This document shows positions 51,835 to 62,827 of a DNA stretch of 64,000 nucleotides, piece by piece (within the stretch, counting starts at the first letter, position 1; the number at the start of each line of letters is the position of its first letter). The DNA is from Octopus sinensis (Eukaryota). Location: contig NC_043000.1 of NCBI RefSeq assembly GCF_006345805.1, positions 25,234,001 to 25,298,000 on the forward strand, in the 5' to 3' direction. The translations under genes and the position numbers were made by a program. The notes beneath the pieces are model-generated. The model searched no databases. It was not told the origin of the DNA and saw only the letters and a program-made list of their open reading frames with translations.

Positions 51835-52118
51835 TGGACTCTCTCGTCGAAGATGACGTAAAAGCGTTTGGCTTTCGCCGAACGACCTGCACAAATGATT
51901 TATTTATATTGATCAAATGTTTTTTTGCCGATCATTAACTCACAATCTCCATCAGATCGATGTTGCTTCAACTGGTGAACGGTGTATCACACGTCAGATG
52001 TTGCAGTGCAACGTGAGGTGAAGTGTTTTGCTCAAATCACACAACACACCACTTGGTCTAAGACTTGAAATCACGATCGCTCGTGCAACACGCTATTCAC
52101 TAAGCCATGCGTCCTCAC
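51835..52118 (-). mobile_element. Diverged family C-type SINE
   Basis: Reverse-complement similarity to 31652-31968 (GCATGGCTTAGTG head, TGAGCAAAACACTTCA body). Confidence 0.65.
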
Positions 52119-52128
52119 TTGTACGTAT

Positions 52129-52193
<65 letters not shown>

Positions 52194-52218
52194 ATATATA
52201 GATATATATAGATATATA

Positions 52219-52362
52219 CTAGCTGAAGGTGACCCGCTCTACGCGCGGGTAAGAGTGTGGTATATATATAAATGTATACAAATTATATATATATATATAT
52301 ATATAAATACAGATATATACACTTTGTATATATACATTATATATACATATTTATATATAGAT

Positions 52363-52395
<33 letters not shown>

Positions 52396-54107
52396 AATTA
52401 ACCCTATATAATTATCTGATTCATAATATTTGTTCTCATGTCGCCGCAATACCACTTGAGGCACATGCAATGGCAATTCGACGTTCAGCGCGCAGCTTTG
52501 CGAGAATCAAATTGATAACGAAAGTTTTACCAGTACCACCTGGAGCATTCAAAAAGAAAAGCTTTCCTTGGTTCAATCTAACGCTGTCAAGAATTTCATT
52601 ATAAATCTTTCTTTGTTCAGACAAAAGTCTTGGTTCAACTCGCGTAATTGTTTCCGTCAATTCGGCAATGTTGTAGTTTTTTTCCGATATGTATTCAACA
52701 TCCAAAGGCGCTTCATGATGGAATTCACTTAAACCGCGTATAACATAATGTCTGATGTGTCTGTCCATGTCGATTAATGCCTCATTATAAACATCGTCGT
52801 TGCCATCACGTAGCGCTAAATTAGCCTGTATGTCCTTTGATAGGCTCTGTCTGAACGATTCCCAAAGGTTAAGAGGGTTGCTGGGATTACAGTGGATTAA
52901 TATGCTACAAAACAATCGATGCATTTACAATTTGAGGCCTCTGCTAATGTCCTCTGTAAGTGGTCGTCATTGAGAAGAAGTCCGCGCCTCAAACATGCTT
53001 CCCTGCAAGTGGCGCAGATGATACCATCAACCGTGCGAAGATCAGCAAAAAACTTCGGTCCAGTAACTACATGAAGCAGCATTCTCAAAAAGAAGATTTC
53101 CTGTTTGGTAGGATGAATATTATACACATGCCCAATGACGTTCTTCCTAGAAACACCGGGCCAATTGTCAAGTTCTGTTCCATGTGACCTGCGCTTCCAA
53201 TTATTGTTGTTGTATGTGTAATATTCCGGTACTTCAGGGTAAATGAGAGTAGCAGCAAACTCATCAACTGAACACAATTTAAAAAACGCTGTAAGCGTAG
53301 TCCCTTTTGGATTTTCAATGACTTGACGTGCATTTTTCTCTGTGAAGTAAACCAGCTGTCTCTTCTGTAAATGAACATTCAGGAACATTCTAGGAAGAAC
53401 TGATGGTGAGCTTAGATGAATCTCGTATCCAAAAATGCGCCACGCTGCATAATTGGAGGATACATACCTACCCAAAACGAATTGTTTAATTTCGTCATGT
53501 CTAAGGTCTTCATCACTGAACCCAAACACGGCCATATCATCGCCCTTATTAATGTACTTGCAGAGGTATTGTATGCATCTCACCGAACTGCAGTACTCAA
53601 TATTAATGTGTGCATTAAATGTTTTGGAAAGCAAAGGGTTGAATGGAACAATCCAGGCATTATCAACATCGAATGTTATTAACCGTTGTATAACTCTAGC
53701 TGTGCGGCCACCCAAACCTGTGTGGTGGTGGTGGTGGTGGCGATGATAATTGTCTGTATGAATGCAGACAGACGTGTAGAGAGAGAGTGTGAAAGCGCTG
53801 TAGAACGCCGTTTGACGAATCGACGTTATATATAGAAAGTGATGGGAAGGGAGGAAATAGAGTGAGTGAGGGAGGAAGACAGATACATAAAAGACTGAGA
53901 GTGGACTTGTCAAAGTGGGTTTTTGGCCCTAGCAACGACACCTTTTAAGATATGGATTTCTAACGTAGCCCACGGGCATCGTCACCTCATTTTACATGTC
54001 CCTGTAAATTTTGGAGTCAATCCGAAAGGATGTAGTGGCCTTGAAAGCGGTCCAAGCGGTCGAGTCAAACAAACAAACTTTTCGCATTTCAGTTTTATGA
54101 ATAGAGA
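52219..54107 (-). mobile_element. Internally deleted Helitron retaining both termini and part of RepHel
   Basis: 5' TCTCTATTCATAAAA (54107 downward); 3' hairpin ACCCGCGCGTAGAGCGGGT then CTAG (52219-52222); A/T target. Confidence 0.9.
52436..53680 (-). pseudogene. Helitron RepHel fragment (Rep C-terminal region to Pif1-like helicase N-terminus), one frameshift near 52910
   Basis: VDNAWIVPFNPLL...FNAHINIEYC....QYLCKYINKG.D, DEI..F..GRYVSS..A.WRI, FFLRMLL..V.GP..F.DLRTVDG, and Walker A APGGTGKTF...ASSGIAAT. Confidence 0.93.
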
Positions 54108-54187
54108 TATATACATACCCACACATATGTATTCATACATATATATATGTATACATACGTGCATACATACATACATACATACATACA

Positions 54188-54221
<34 letters not shown>

Positions 54222-54283
54222 CATACATACATACATACATACATAAGTACATACATACATACATACATACATACATACATACA

Positions 54284-54314
<31 letters not shown>

Positions 54315-54334
54315 TTATTATATTTATATATTTA

Positions 54335-55535
54335 TTGGGTTGGCCAAAAAGTCCATTCGGACTTTAACTTTCTCTGTCCCCTGAACTTGTACACTCTAAC
54401 GTAGTCTGACTAGAAATTGCAATGAAACAGGTTGTATTTAATGATCACTCTGGAAATGGAGAACTAAAACGAATATTATCGACATCTCATGTTTTATTTT
54501 TTAAAAATGCAAGAAAACAGCGGGAAACCTGCTGGAGAGTGAGCCATGTGCATGGAGAGCATGCTGTTACAGAACAGATGTGCCTAAAGTGGTTCTGAAG
54601 ATCGGGAAATTTTGGGGGTCAAATTGCTGTTCGCTCTGGCCAGCCAACTAAGATTAACAGTGATAAAGTGAAGGAGTTAGTCGACACCAACCTCCGTTAT
54701 ACGACCAGGATGAATGCAAATATTCTCAGAATATCCGAATCGAATGTTGAAAATACTCTGCATCAGCTTGGTTGCGCAAGTAGGATAGATTTTAGGGTCC
54801 CGCATCAACTGAATGGGGCTAACTTCGCCCAACGGGTTGATTGCTGAAACATGAAGAAAACGATCCTTTTTAAAAGAGAATGGTGACAGGAAACGAAAAC
54901 TGAATTGTCTATAACAATGTTGAGCGCAAATGACCATGGGGGAAGCACGACGAACCACCACAAGCAATCTCCAAGGCAGGACTCCATCCGATGAAGATTA
55001 GGCTTTCAGTTTGGTGGGACTGGAATGGTGTTGTCTTTTACGAGTTTCTTCCAATGGACAAGACCATCGGTTTGGATGTGTACTGTGACTAGCTGGACAA
55101 ACTAAATGAAGTGATCAGCCAGAAGCGCCCAGCAGTAGCTAATATCAAGGACATTGTCTTTCATCACGACAATGACAAGCCGTATACTTCTTTGCAGACG
55201 CAGAAGAAATTACTGGGACTTGGATGGGACGTTTCGCCGCATCCTCCATAACTGCCCTACCTTGCACCTCCAAATTTCTACATGTTTTGGTCTCTTCAAA
55301 AGTATCTGAATAAACATACCTTTAACTCTGAAAAGGGTGTAACAACTCACCTGGGAGTGTTTTTTGCAAGAAAAGTCAGGAAATTCTTTGGGCAAGGAAT
55401 GATGGATTTGCCCAGGAGATGGAAGATACTGGAACAAAATAGAAATTATATTATTGAACAAATAAATCACTTTGTGTTTAAAACTTGACTTATTTTCGTT
55501 TAAAAATAAAGCCAGCAGACATTTTGGCCAACCCA
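54335..55535 (+). mobile_element. Mariner transposon (mellifera-like), heavily mutated
   Basis: TIRs TGGGTTGGCCAAAA / TTTTGGCCAACCCA with TA flanks; remnants VPHQL, TGNEN*IVYNNV, AGLHP.K..LSVWWDWNGVV, VFHHDNDKPYTSL, HPP..P.LAP. Confidence 0.92.
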
Positions 55536-56089
55536 TATATTTCGCCCGTCCAGTTTCATCTTTTCAACATCACTTTTATCGTTAACTATTTAGTTCTTTT
55601 TTCAGTCTTCTTCACGTTCCTTCTCTTTCTCTTTCTATTCCAAGTGTAGTAAGGTGTAGTGTAGTACAGTATATTGTAATACTGTTAAGCAAATAAAAGA
55701 CAAATCGCCATCTTACAGCGTTTCGTGTAACACAACGGCCATTTTGTGTTGTAGGAATTCAACGAAGACGCGGGGACCAATAAAAAACCCCGTCAGTTGC
55801 TCTATGCTGTTGCAGCTTACAGCAATAAATAATATACGCACAGCAATAAATATACCATCCATGTATATTTATGTGTGTATATATGTATATGTATGTATAC
55901 ATCTACACATATTTCTCAGGAAAGACACACTAAAACTTTCTAAAAGATACTAATACAGAACAACTACTCAGCATTCTTTGAAAGACAACGTCTTGATAAA
56001 ATAACACCAAAGAAAGTTCACACCTCTGACAACACTTACTATTGAGAATGCAACACTTAAATAGTGAAAAATGTATTCTGCAACCCATC

Positions 56090-56695
56090 AATCATACAAT
56101 CCACTTATCAACAGTGGCAAATTATCTCATGCAGGTACCTAGAACGGTTGATTATATGATCCATATAACCAATAAAGACTTTCTAAAGAGAACCAACACA
56201 ATACCTATTTCTTTACTACCCACAAGGGGCTAAACACAGAGAGGACAAACAAAGACAGACAAACGGATTAAGTCAATTATATCGACCCCAGTGCGTAACT
56301 GGTACTTAATTTATCGACCCCGAAAGGATGAAAGGCAAAGTCGACCTCGGCGGAATTTGAACTCAGAACGTAACGGCAGACAAAATACCGCTCAGCATTT
56401 CGGCCGGCTCGCTAACGTTTCTGCCAGCTCGAAGTCTTCACACAACGAAGATTAAAACTAGCAGGTCACATATTCCGACTTCCAGAACAGCACCATTCTA
56501 AAACAACTTTCAAATGGACATCAGAAGATGGAGAAATAAAGAGAGGAAGACCAAAAACCACATGGTGCAGAACATTCATAACCGACATCAAAGAGACCGA
56601 TATCACATGATCAGATGTATAGAAAACTACAGCCAACAAAAACCAATGGAGCCCACTTGCTGTCCAACGTGCTGGAGAGCACAGGAGAATCTGAT
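56090..56695 (+). mobile_element. RTE-like LINE 3' fragment interrupted by a SINE-A
   Basis: QRRLKLAGHIFRLP......KWT..DG...RGRPKTTWCRTF..DI (56443-56600); HITNKDFLKRTN upstream of the SINE. Confidence 0.8.
56202..56432 (-). mobile_element. SINE family A monomer
   Basis: Family A sequence with tail-1. Confidence 0.9.
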
Positions 56696-57523
56696 ACAAA
56701 TATATCCGTGATGATAAATTATACCATGCATGTACCTACTTACCAAAGTAGACTCGTTTGGGAAAAGGTTTTCGTATTTTCGCCAGGAGACAACTTGCTG
56801 TTAAGAAACAGAGCAGAAACCACCAAGTCTTCATTAATATTCTATTGCTGTTGTATTGATTATGTAGTGATAACTACTTCTACATTTGTAATTCATTTTA
56901 ATCATTTATAAGAATGATAATATTTCTTAGTGATTTTCGATTGATAATTTTGTTCACATTGATGTGGAATGTATTTTGAATAATTTTTGGTAAATAAAAG
57001 TTGAATGCGATTGACTATACTGTTTATGCATTCACAATTTCCACAAAGCCTTGTAACAGCTACATTGCCACACACATATATGCACACACACCCATACAAA
57101 GAGTCACAAACACACACTTGCTCCAACACATATACATACACGTTTCTCTCTCTTTCTATCTATCTATCTCTCACTCACTTGCTTTTTCCTTCTAGCATAC
57201 GCATGCATACTTATACATACACATGCATATGTGCACACATGCACACACATGTACAGATAAACGCGTAGACATCATCACGGAGAAACAGCTTACAAAATGG
57301 CAGCCTAATAACGAGAGTGAAGCACTTTGTCCATTCGACCATCGTAATATTCTGAATCACGATAACATCGTCCAGAATCAGGAACCATGAGGGAATCAAA
57401 ACACTCAACCGACTCATTAAATATTGAATTAAAACATCCTCCACTCCACTATCCCCATCAACTTGGCTTCACATTATTTCTAAGAAATATTTTTGTACCT
57501 TTTACATGCCAAATCCTAATATT

Positions 57524-58104
57524 CTTTTCTGCTCTAGGCACAAGGCCCGAAATTTTGGGGGAGGGGGACAGTCGGTTAGATCGACCCCAGTAAGCAACTG
57601 GTACTTAATTTATCGCCCCCGAAAGGATGAAAGGCAAAGTCGACCTCGGCGGAATTTGAACTTAGAACCTAAAGACAGACGAAATACCTATTTCTTTACT
57701 GCCCACAAGGGGCTAAACACAGAGGGGGCGAACAAGGACAGACAAACGGATAAAGTCGATTATATCGACCACAGTGCGTAACTGGTACTTATTTAATCGA
57801 CCCCGAAAGGATGAAAGGCAAAGTTGACCTCGGCGGAATTTGAACTTAGAACGTAAAGACAGACAAAATACCTATTTCTTTACTGCCCACAAGGGGCTAA
57901 ACACAGAGGGGGCGAACAAGGACAGACAAACGGATAAAGTCGATTATATCGACCCCAGTGCGTAACTGGTACTTATTTAATCGACCCCGAAAGGATGAAA
58001 GGCAAAGTCGACCTCGGCGGAATTTGAACTCAGAACGCAACGGCGGACGAAATACCGCTGAGCATTTCGCCCGGTGTGCTAACTTTTCTGCCAGCTCTCG
58101 CCTT
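57524..58104 (-). mobile_element. SINE family A trimer ending in tail-2
   Basis: Three body units; flanking 14-bp repeat CAAATC(C/G)TAATATT (57510-57523, 58107-58120). Confidence 0.92.
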
Positions 58105-58179
58105 GTCAAATCGTAATATTTTCCCCAGTGATTCTGGCAGAATGGTTTACGTTGATCTCTTTTATTTGAATTTGTTTCA

Positions 58180-58446
58180 AGGAAATGGTTGTGTAGTTAA
58201 GAAACTCGTTTTGCAACCACATCGTTTCGGGTTCAATCTCATGGTGTAGCACCTGGTGTAAGTGCCTTCTGCTAGAGAGCACCTCGTGAGTGAATTTGGT
58301 AGACAGACACTGCGTGGAGTCTTGTCGAGTCGACTTCAACTTTCATCCTTTCGGTGTCGATAAATTAAGTATCAGTCAAGCACTGGAATCCATGTAATTA
58401 ACTTAGACCTCCCCCGAAATTGCTAGCCTTGTGCCAAAATTTGAAA
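58180..58446 (+). mobile_element. Chimeric SINE: family B-like head, family A body, tail-2-like end
   Basis: TGTGTAGTTAAGAA...GGGTTCAATC...GTGAGTGAATTTGGTAGAC (B-like), then CTTTCATCCTTTCGGTGTCGATAAATTAAGTA...CCTTGTGCC (A-like). Confidence 0.7.
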
Positions 58447-58897
58447 TTATTATTTATTGCCTTTGCACAGCTTCAAACGCTGAAGATGTACTACGGTGTC
58501 AGCTGTTCACTACCAGTGAACTAAGGTAACACCTCTTATTTTTCGAGCACCTTCCGGAGTATTCGAGCGGTTCCAAGCAGTGTTGTTTTCTGCAAGTGCT
58601 CCAGCCTTATTGCAGCCCCTATTTGTTCCACGCACTTCTCGAGATTTTTGCTCACTGTTCCCAGGGCTCCGACAATTATTAGTACCACTGCTACCTTTTT
58701 CATCGATCACAACTGCTTAACTGCCCAAGCTAACCTGTCATATCTCTCGACTTTTCTTTCTTTCTTGTCGCATACCTTGTTGTCAGCTGGGCATGCTATG
58801 TCTATGATCCAGCATAGTTTGTTTTCTTTCTCAATTAAAACTATGTCCAGCTTCCTATTCTCAATCTCATGGTCGCACTGAATCATAAAATTCCATC
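58447..58897 (-). mobile_element. R4/Dong-clade non-LTR retrotransposon 3' end (restriction-like endonuclease domain)
   Basis: Minus frame WNFMIQCDHEIENRKLDIVLIEKENKLCWIIDIACPADNKV..K...KVERY..L......W......IIVGALGTV...L...LQKTTLLGTARILRKVL*, then a short UTR and (TAA)n. Confidence 0.9.
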
Positions 58898-59072
58898 GAA
58901 AAATACCTTAGAAATGAGAAACGAAGTTCGAAATTTCCCCAAGACACCTGATGAAGGCTGGAGAGTATATCAGCCGAAACGTTAACAACAAACAAGATGA
59001 GGACAAATATCCGTCAAATGTAAATAATGTAAATAATGTACATAATCCGTCATCTCTTAAATATAGAACTGT
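58894..59072 (+). mobile_element. Hammerhead-bearing terminal segment, same family as 18800-18967
   Basis: GACAC-CTGATGA(58948-58954)-AGGCTG..CAGCC-GAAACGTT; flanks align with the 18.8-kb copy. Confidence 0.8.
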
Positions 59073-59515
59073 CTTATACTTTCCTGGTTATTCTGACCGT
59101 GCAAGGATTGAAAAAAGACGCTTTCCTTATCGGTCAAGCTCTCATTGACTTTATCTAATTCTAATGGAGAGGGAAATCTTCCCCTCCAGGGAATTTGTTG
59201 AAAGGTGAGTGACTGTGGCAAAAATAACCTGCTCCAAGCGTGGATCTGTAGAGTGGCGAACAAAAGTTAGACAAAAGTTTGCACCCTTGGTAGTCATGTT
59301 GATCCTGGATTTATGGATTGGCCGTAATTGAATGCGTTCTTGGATCAAGAGGACTGCATCATCCTTGGGTTTACATGTATAATCTGTTCACTTTTTATCC
59401 CAGCGCTCCCTACCTGTCCTTTTTTGCTTATTTTTAAAGTAAACCCCCAACACAAATTGTAAACAGGACGTGAAATGTTTTCCCCTTCAATTGTCCTTGT
59501 GTCAAATAAAAGAAT

Positions 59516-59720
59516 TCGTCGTCGCCGTCGTCGTTGTCATCATTATCATCATCGTTGTCGTCGTCATTACCATCATTGTAATCATCAGCATCGTCATTAT
59601 CGTTGTCATCGTCATCATTCTCATCGTCATCATTTCCGTCACCATCATCATTCTCATCATCATCATCGTCGTCGTCGTCGTCGTCATCACCATCATCATC
59701 ATCATCATCATCATCATCGT

Positions 59721-59758
<38 letters not shown>

Positions 59759-59975
59759 TCATCGTCATCATGATCGTTATTCTGATTTCCACTCGTTTCC
59801 CCTTCTTTCCCTTTGATCCTCTCATATTTTTTTTATGTAAACTCCCAACACGGACTGTCGATAGTCTCTGTAAAGTTCTCTAATCAGACGTCCCTGTGGC
59901 AAGTACAAATGACCATTGTCATCGCCGTCATCGTCATCATCATCATCATCATCATCATCATCACCATCATCATCT
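59516..59975. repeat. (CAT/CGT/CGG)n trinucleotide tracts
   Basis: Directly visible at 59516-59775 and 59913-59973. Confidence 0.95.
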
Positions 59976-60617
59976 GGGGTCGACAAAAAAATGTATTTTT
60001 AGATATTCTTTTTATTGTTTTACTGTCTGTCATGTCAGCCTCTCTTTTGTATTTATTTGCTTTCTTGAAGAGAGAAACAGTTTTTATTTCCCTTTTGTCT
60101 TGTTTTATGGCTATTTGTTAAACTTGTCAATTATTCATCACAAGTTATTTTTGTAGTCGTTCAGTAGATATTTCCTTATAGTTTTATAGTCGTATAAAGG
60201 CCCACCACCCTCTATTCCTGATGAATATAATCTTTCTATTCCATATATAGTAACCACTTTTCTCGTTTATTCGTTTTTGTGTTTTGTTTGTTTTTGTCTA
60301 GTCTTGTTAGTCTTTTTAGGTTTTGCGTTGTTGTTTTTTTTTTGTTTGTTTGTTTTTCTCCAGTCCTAGGACTTGTAGCTGTTAGATACCGTTACCACTT
60401 GTATTTAAGCTGATTGACTAACTGTTCGGAACTGTGTATGACTGCTAATGTTGGGAGTTGACTGTTGGCTTTTGGGCGCTGGCTGTTGTTTCTGATGTCG
60501 CAGGTCAACAGTTGTACAGAGAAGAAAATTACGAAATCTGTTGAGATTTTTAAGAACAAACTTTTATTCGTGTTGAGAGAGTTTGGATGTTATTGAAATA
60601 GCATTCTAAAAGTTAAC

Positions 60618-60781
60618 AGGCGCAGGATTGGCTGTGTGATAAGTAGCTTGCTTACCAACCACATGGTTCCGGGTTCAGTCCCACTGCGTGGCACCTTGGG
60701 AAAGTGTCTTCTACTATAGCCTTGGGCCGACCAAAGCCTTGTGAGTGGATTTGGCAGATGGAAACTGAAAGAAGTCCGTTG

Positions 60782-60837
<56 letters not shown>

Positions 60838-61052
60838 GTCTGTGTTTGTCCCCACCCAACATCGTTTGACAACCGATGCTGGGGTGTTTACGTCCCCATA
60901 ACTTAGCGGTTCGGCAAAAAAGAGACCGATAGAATAAGTACTAGGCTTACAAAGAATAAGTCCTGGGGCCGATTTGCTCGACTAAAGGCGGTGCTCCAGC
61001 ATGACCACAGTCAAATGACTGAAACAAATAAAAGAATAATAGAGTAAAAAGA
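60618..61052 (+). mobile_element. SINE family B, full length
   Basis: Complete head, body, internal (TA)n(TG)n, 3' part and AAAAGAGT-type tail. Confidence 0.92.
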
Positions 61053-61463
61053 GTGCTGGTCGTTGTGTTGCTGCGGAAATTCGTTATGACGATATTAGCT
61101 GGGATCAGCCGCTGCCCGTGTCTGTTCACCATCAGTCTGCCTCATCTCAAAGCTTTCTGGGTGGCGGTCGCGTGTGTGTGTGAATTTATATCTATTGATG
61201 GGCTCAGAAGGGGGCGCGCCAAAAGTTGAAATTATCGCTGGCGCCTATTCCACATGAAGTCGTGATTGACCAGATTTCATTGATCCCGGTGGTAATATTC
61301 TTTTTCAGGTGAAGTCGCCATTGGTGAGACTCACTGATCATGTGAGCAACATTCCAGCAAATCGCGACATCGATTAATTGCTGAATATTCCCGTTACAGA
61401 CTCATAGCTGCAGTTACCCGGTTTTCTTGTCCTATAAGAGCCCGAGATCACAACATTCCCCCT

Positions 61464-61707
61464 TGTTCCTTCTCGAGCCATACGAGGCCCATAAGGGCCG
61501 GTTTCCCGGTTTCAGTGGCGTAGAAATTCTCCACCTGGACGGGACGCCGGTCCGTCGCAGGATTACTCATTTCTGCCAGCTGAGTGGACTGGAGTAACGT
61601 GAAATGAAGTGTTTTGCTCAAGAACACAACGCATCGCCCGGCCCAGAATCGAAACCACAACCTTACGATCATGAGTTTAATACCCTAACCACTAAGCCAC
61701 GCGCCTC
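61464..61707 (-). mobile_element. SINE family C, full length
   Basis: tRNA-like head GGCGCGTGGCTTAGTGGTTAGGG, V-domain-like CCTGCGACGGACCGGCGTCCCGTCCAGG; 15-bp TSD CACAACATTCCCCCT (61449-61463, 61708-61722). Confidence 0.9.
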
Positions 61708-62051
61708 CACAACATTCCCCCTGAACGGATGCAAGTCTATCGCAGGACTCAAGACCAGCAATTATAAAAGGAGGTAGCAAATCAATTACTGCACCTCAGA
61801 CCTTGATTGCTACTTAATGTTATCGACCGTGAAAAGAATGAATGACAAGGTTGAGCTCAAGACGCAAGAAGTTCAAAGAGGCAGAAGAAATGCCGCTAAA
61901 CATTTTATCCCTGTTGCTAACGATTCCGCGAGTTCGCTGCCTTATAGCTTTGTTTAGCATCCAATTACGTAATTGCTACAATATTACAGGAATATTTCGT
62001 TTTGGGATTTGGTTTGCAAGATTCTTTATATAATTTTGTGTGTTGAAGCAT

Positions 62052-62282
62052 ATTCTGCTTTGTCTGGGGAGTCATTTTCCATTTGTGCCTTATTACGTAA
62101 CACACTCACCGGTAAAATTTCCACTTATTTCTATTTTCCTAAAATTTCCTAAAATATTGAAAAGATTGCAAGACGCAACGAAAATTTTAGGAAAATAAAA
62201 ATAAGAAATAAGTGGAAATTTTACTGGTGTGTTAAATGATAAGCCACAAAAAGAAAATTACTCTCCCCAGACACAACAGAAT
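62052..62282. repeat. Imperfect inverted repeat (~95-bp arms)
   Basis: ATTCTGCTTTGTCTGGGGAG...GTAAAATTTCCACTTATTTC..TTTTCCTAAAATTT mirrored by AAATTTTAGGAAAA..GAAATAAGTGGAAATTTTAC...CTCCCCAGACACAACAGAAT. Confidence 0.85.
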
Positions 62283-62827
62283 TGCAGGAATAGTTTATTT
62301 GTTCGCATTTATCTGTTTTGAGTATTAATTCAACACTTCTATGTGTTTTGCACGCTGACTAGTAATTCTGCTGATTCTGATTCTTTATCTAACCTGATCT
62401 TAGTGTTCTTAGTTATTTTGAAATCTTCTAGATTCTCCTGTAGCATTTTTCTAATCTGAATCTCGTATGAGTTTCACAAGTAAATGCGTATCTTGTATGT
62501 AGCAGTCTTTCTACTTATATTTCAAATGCAGCATTTAACTTGAGGTCGTTCATTTACAAATGATGGTTAGTTGTCCTTCTTTAATATTTATATTCCGGTT
62601 CAGTACTCTTTAGTTAAAGGTGTTACCACCAGGCAAAAAAGAATTATTATTTTTTCTACATCTTTGTTTCCATTTCTTGCCGTCTTCCCGACGCCTAGGG
62701 CAAAAAAACTCACTGCATACATTTATAAACCATTAAATTAGATTTACGTGGGTGACAATCATTCTCACAACAACATTCTTCTCAATACGTGTGACGTAAC
62801 AGTTAAAACAATCTTTTGCACTTCTTG

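Noticed and set aside
59150-59380. Splice donor AAG|GTGAGT and a DDAVLL RT-like motif on the opposite strand
   Set aside because: Isolated signals without a good acceptor or further RT motifs.
59470-60156. His/Arg- or Ile/Val-rich ORFs
   Set aside because: Translation of (CAT/CGT)n microsatellites.
60215-60260. CTGATGA followed by an AT-rich stem
   Set aside because: No GAAA core downstream; cannot be called a ribozyme.
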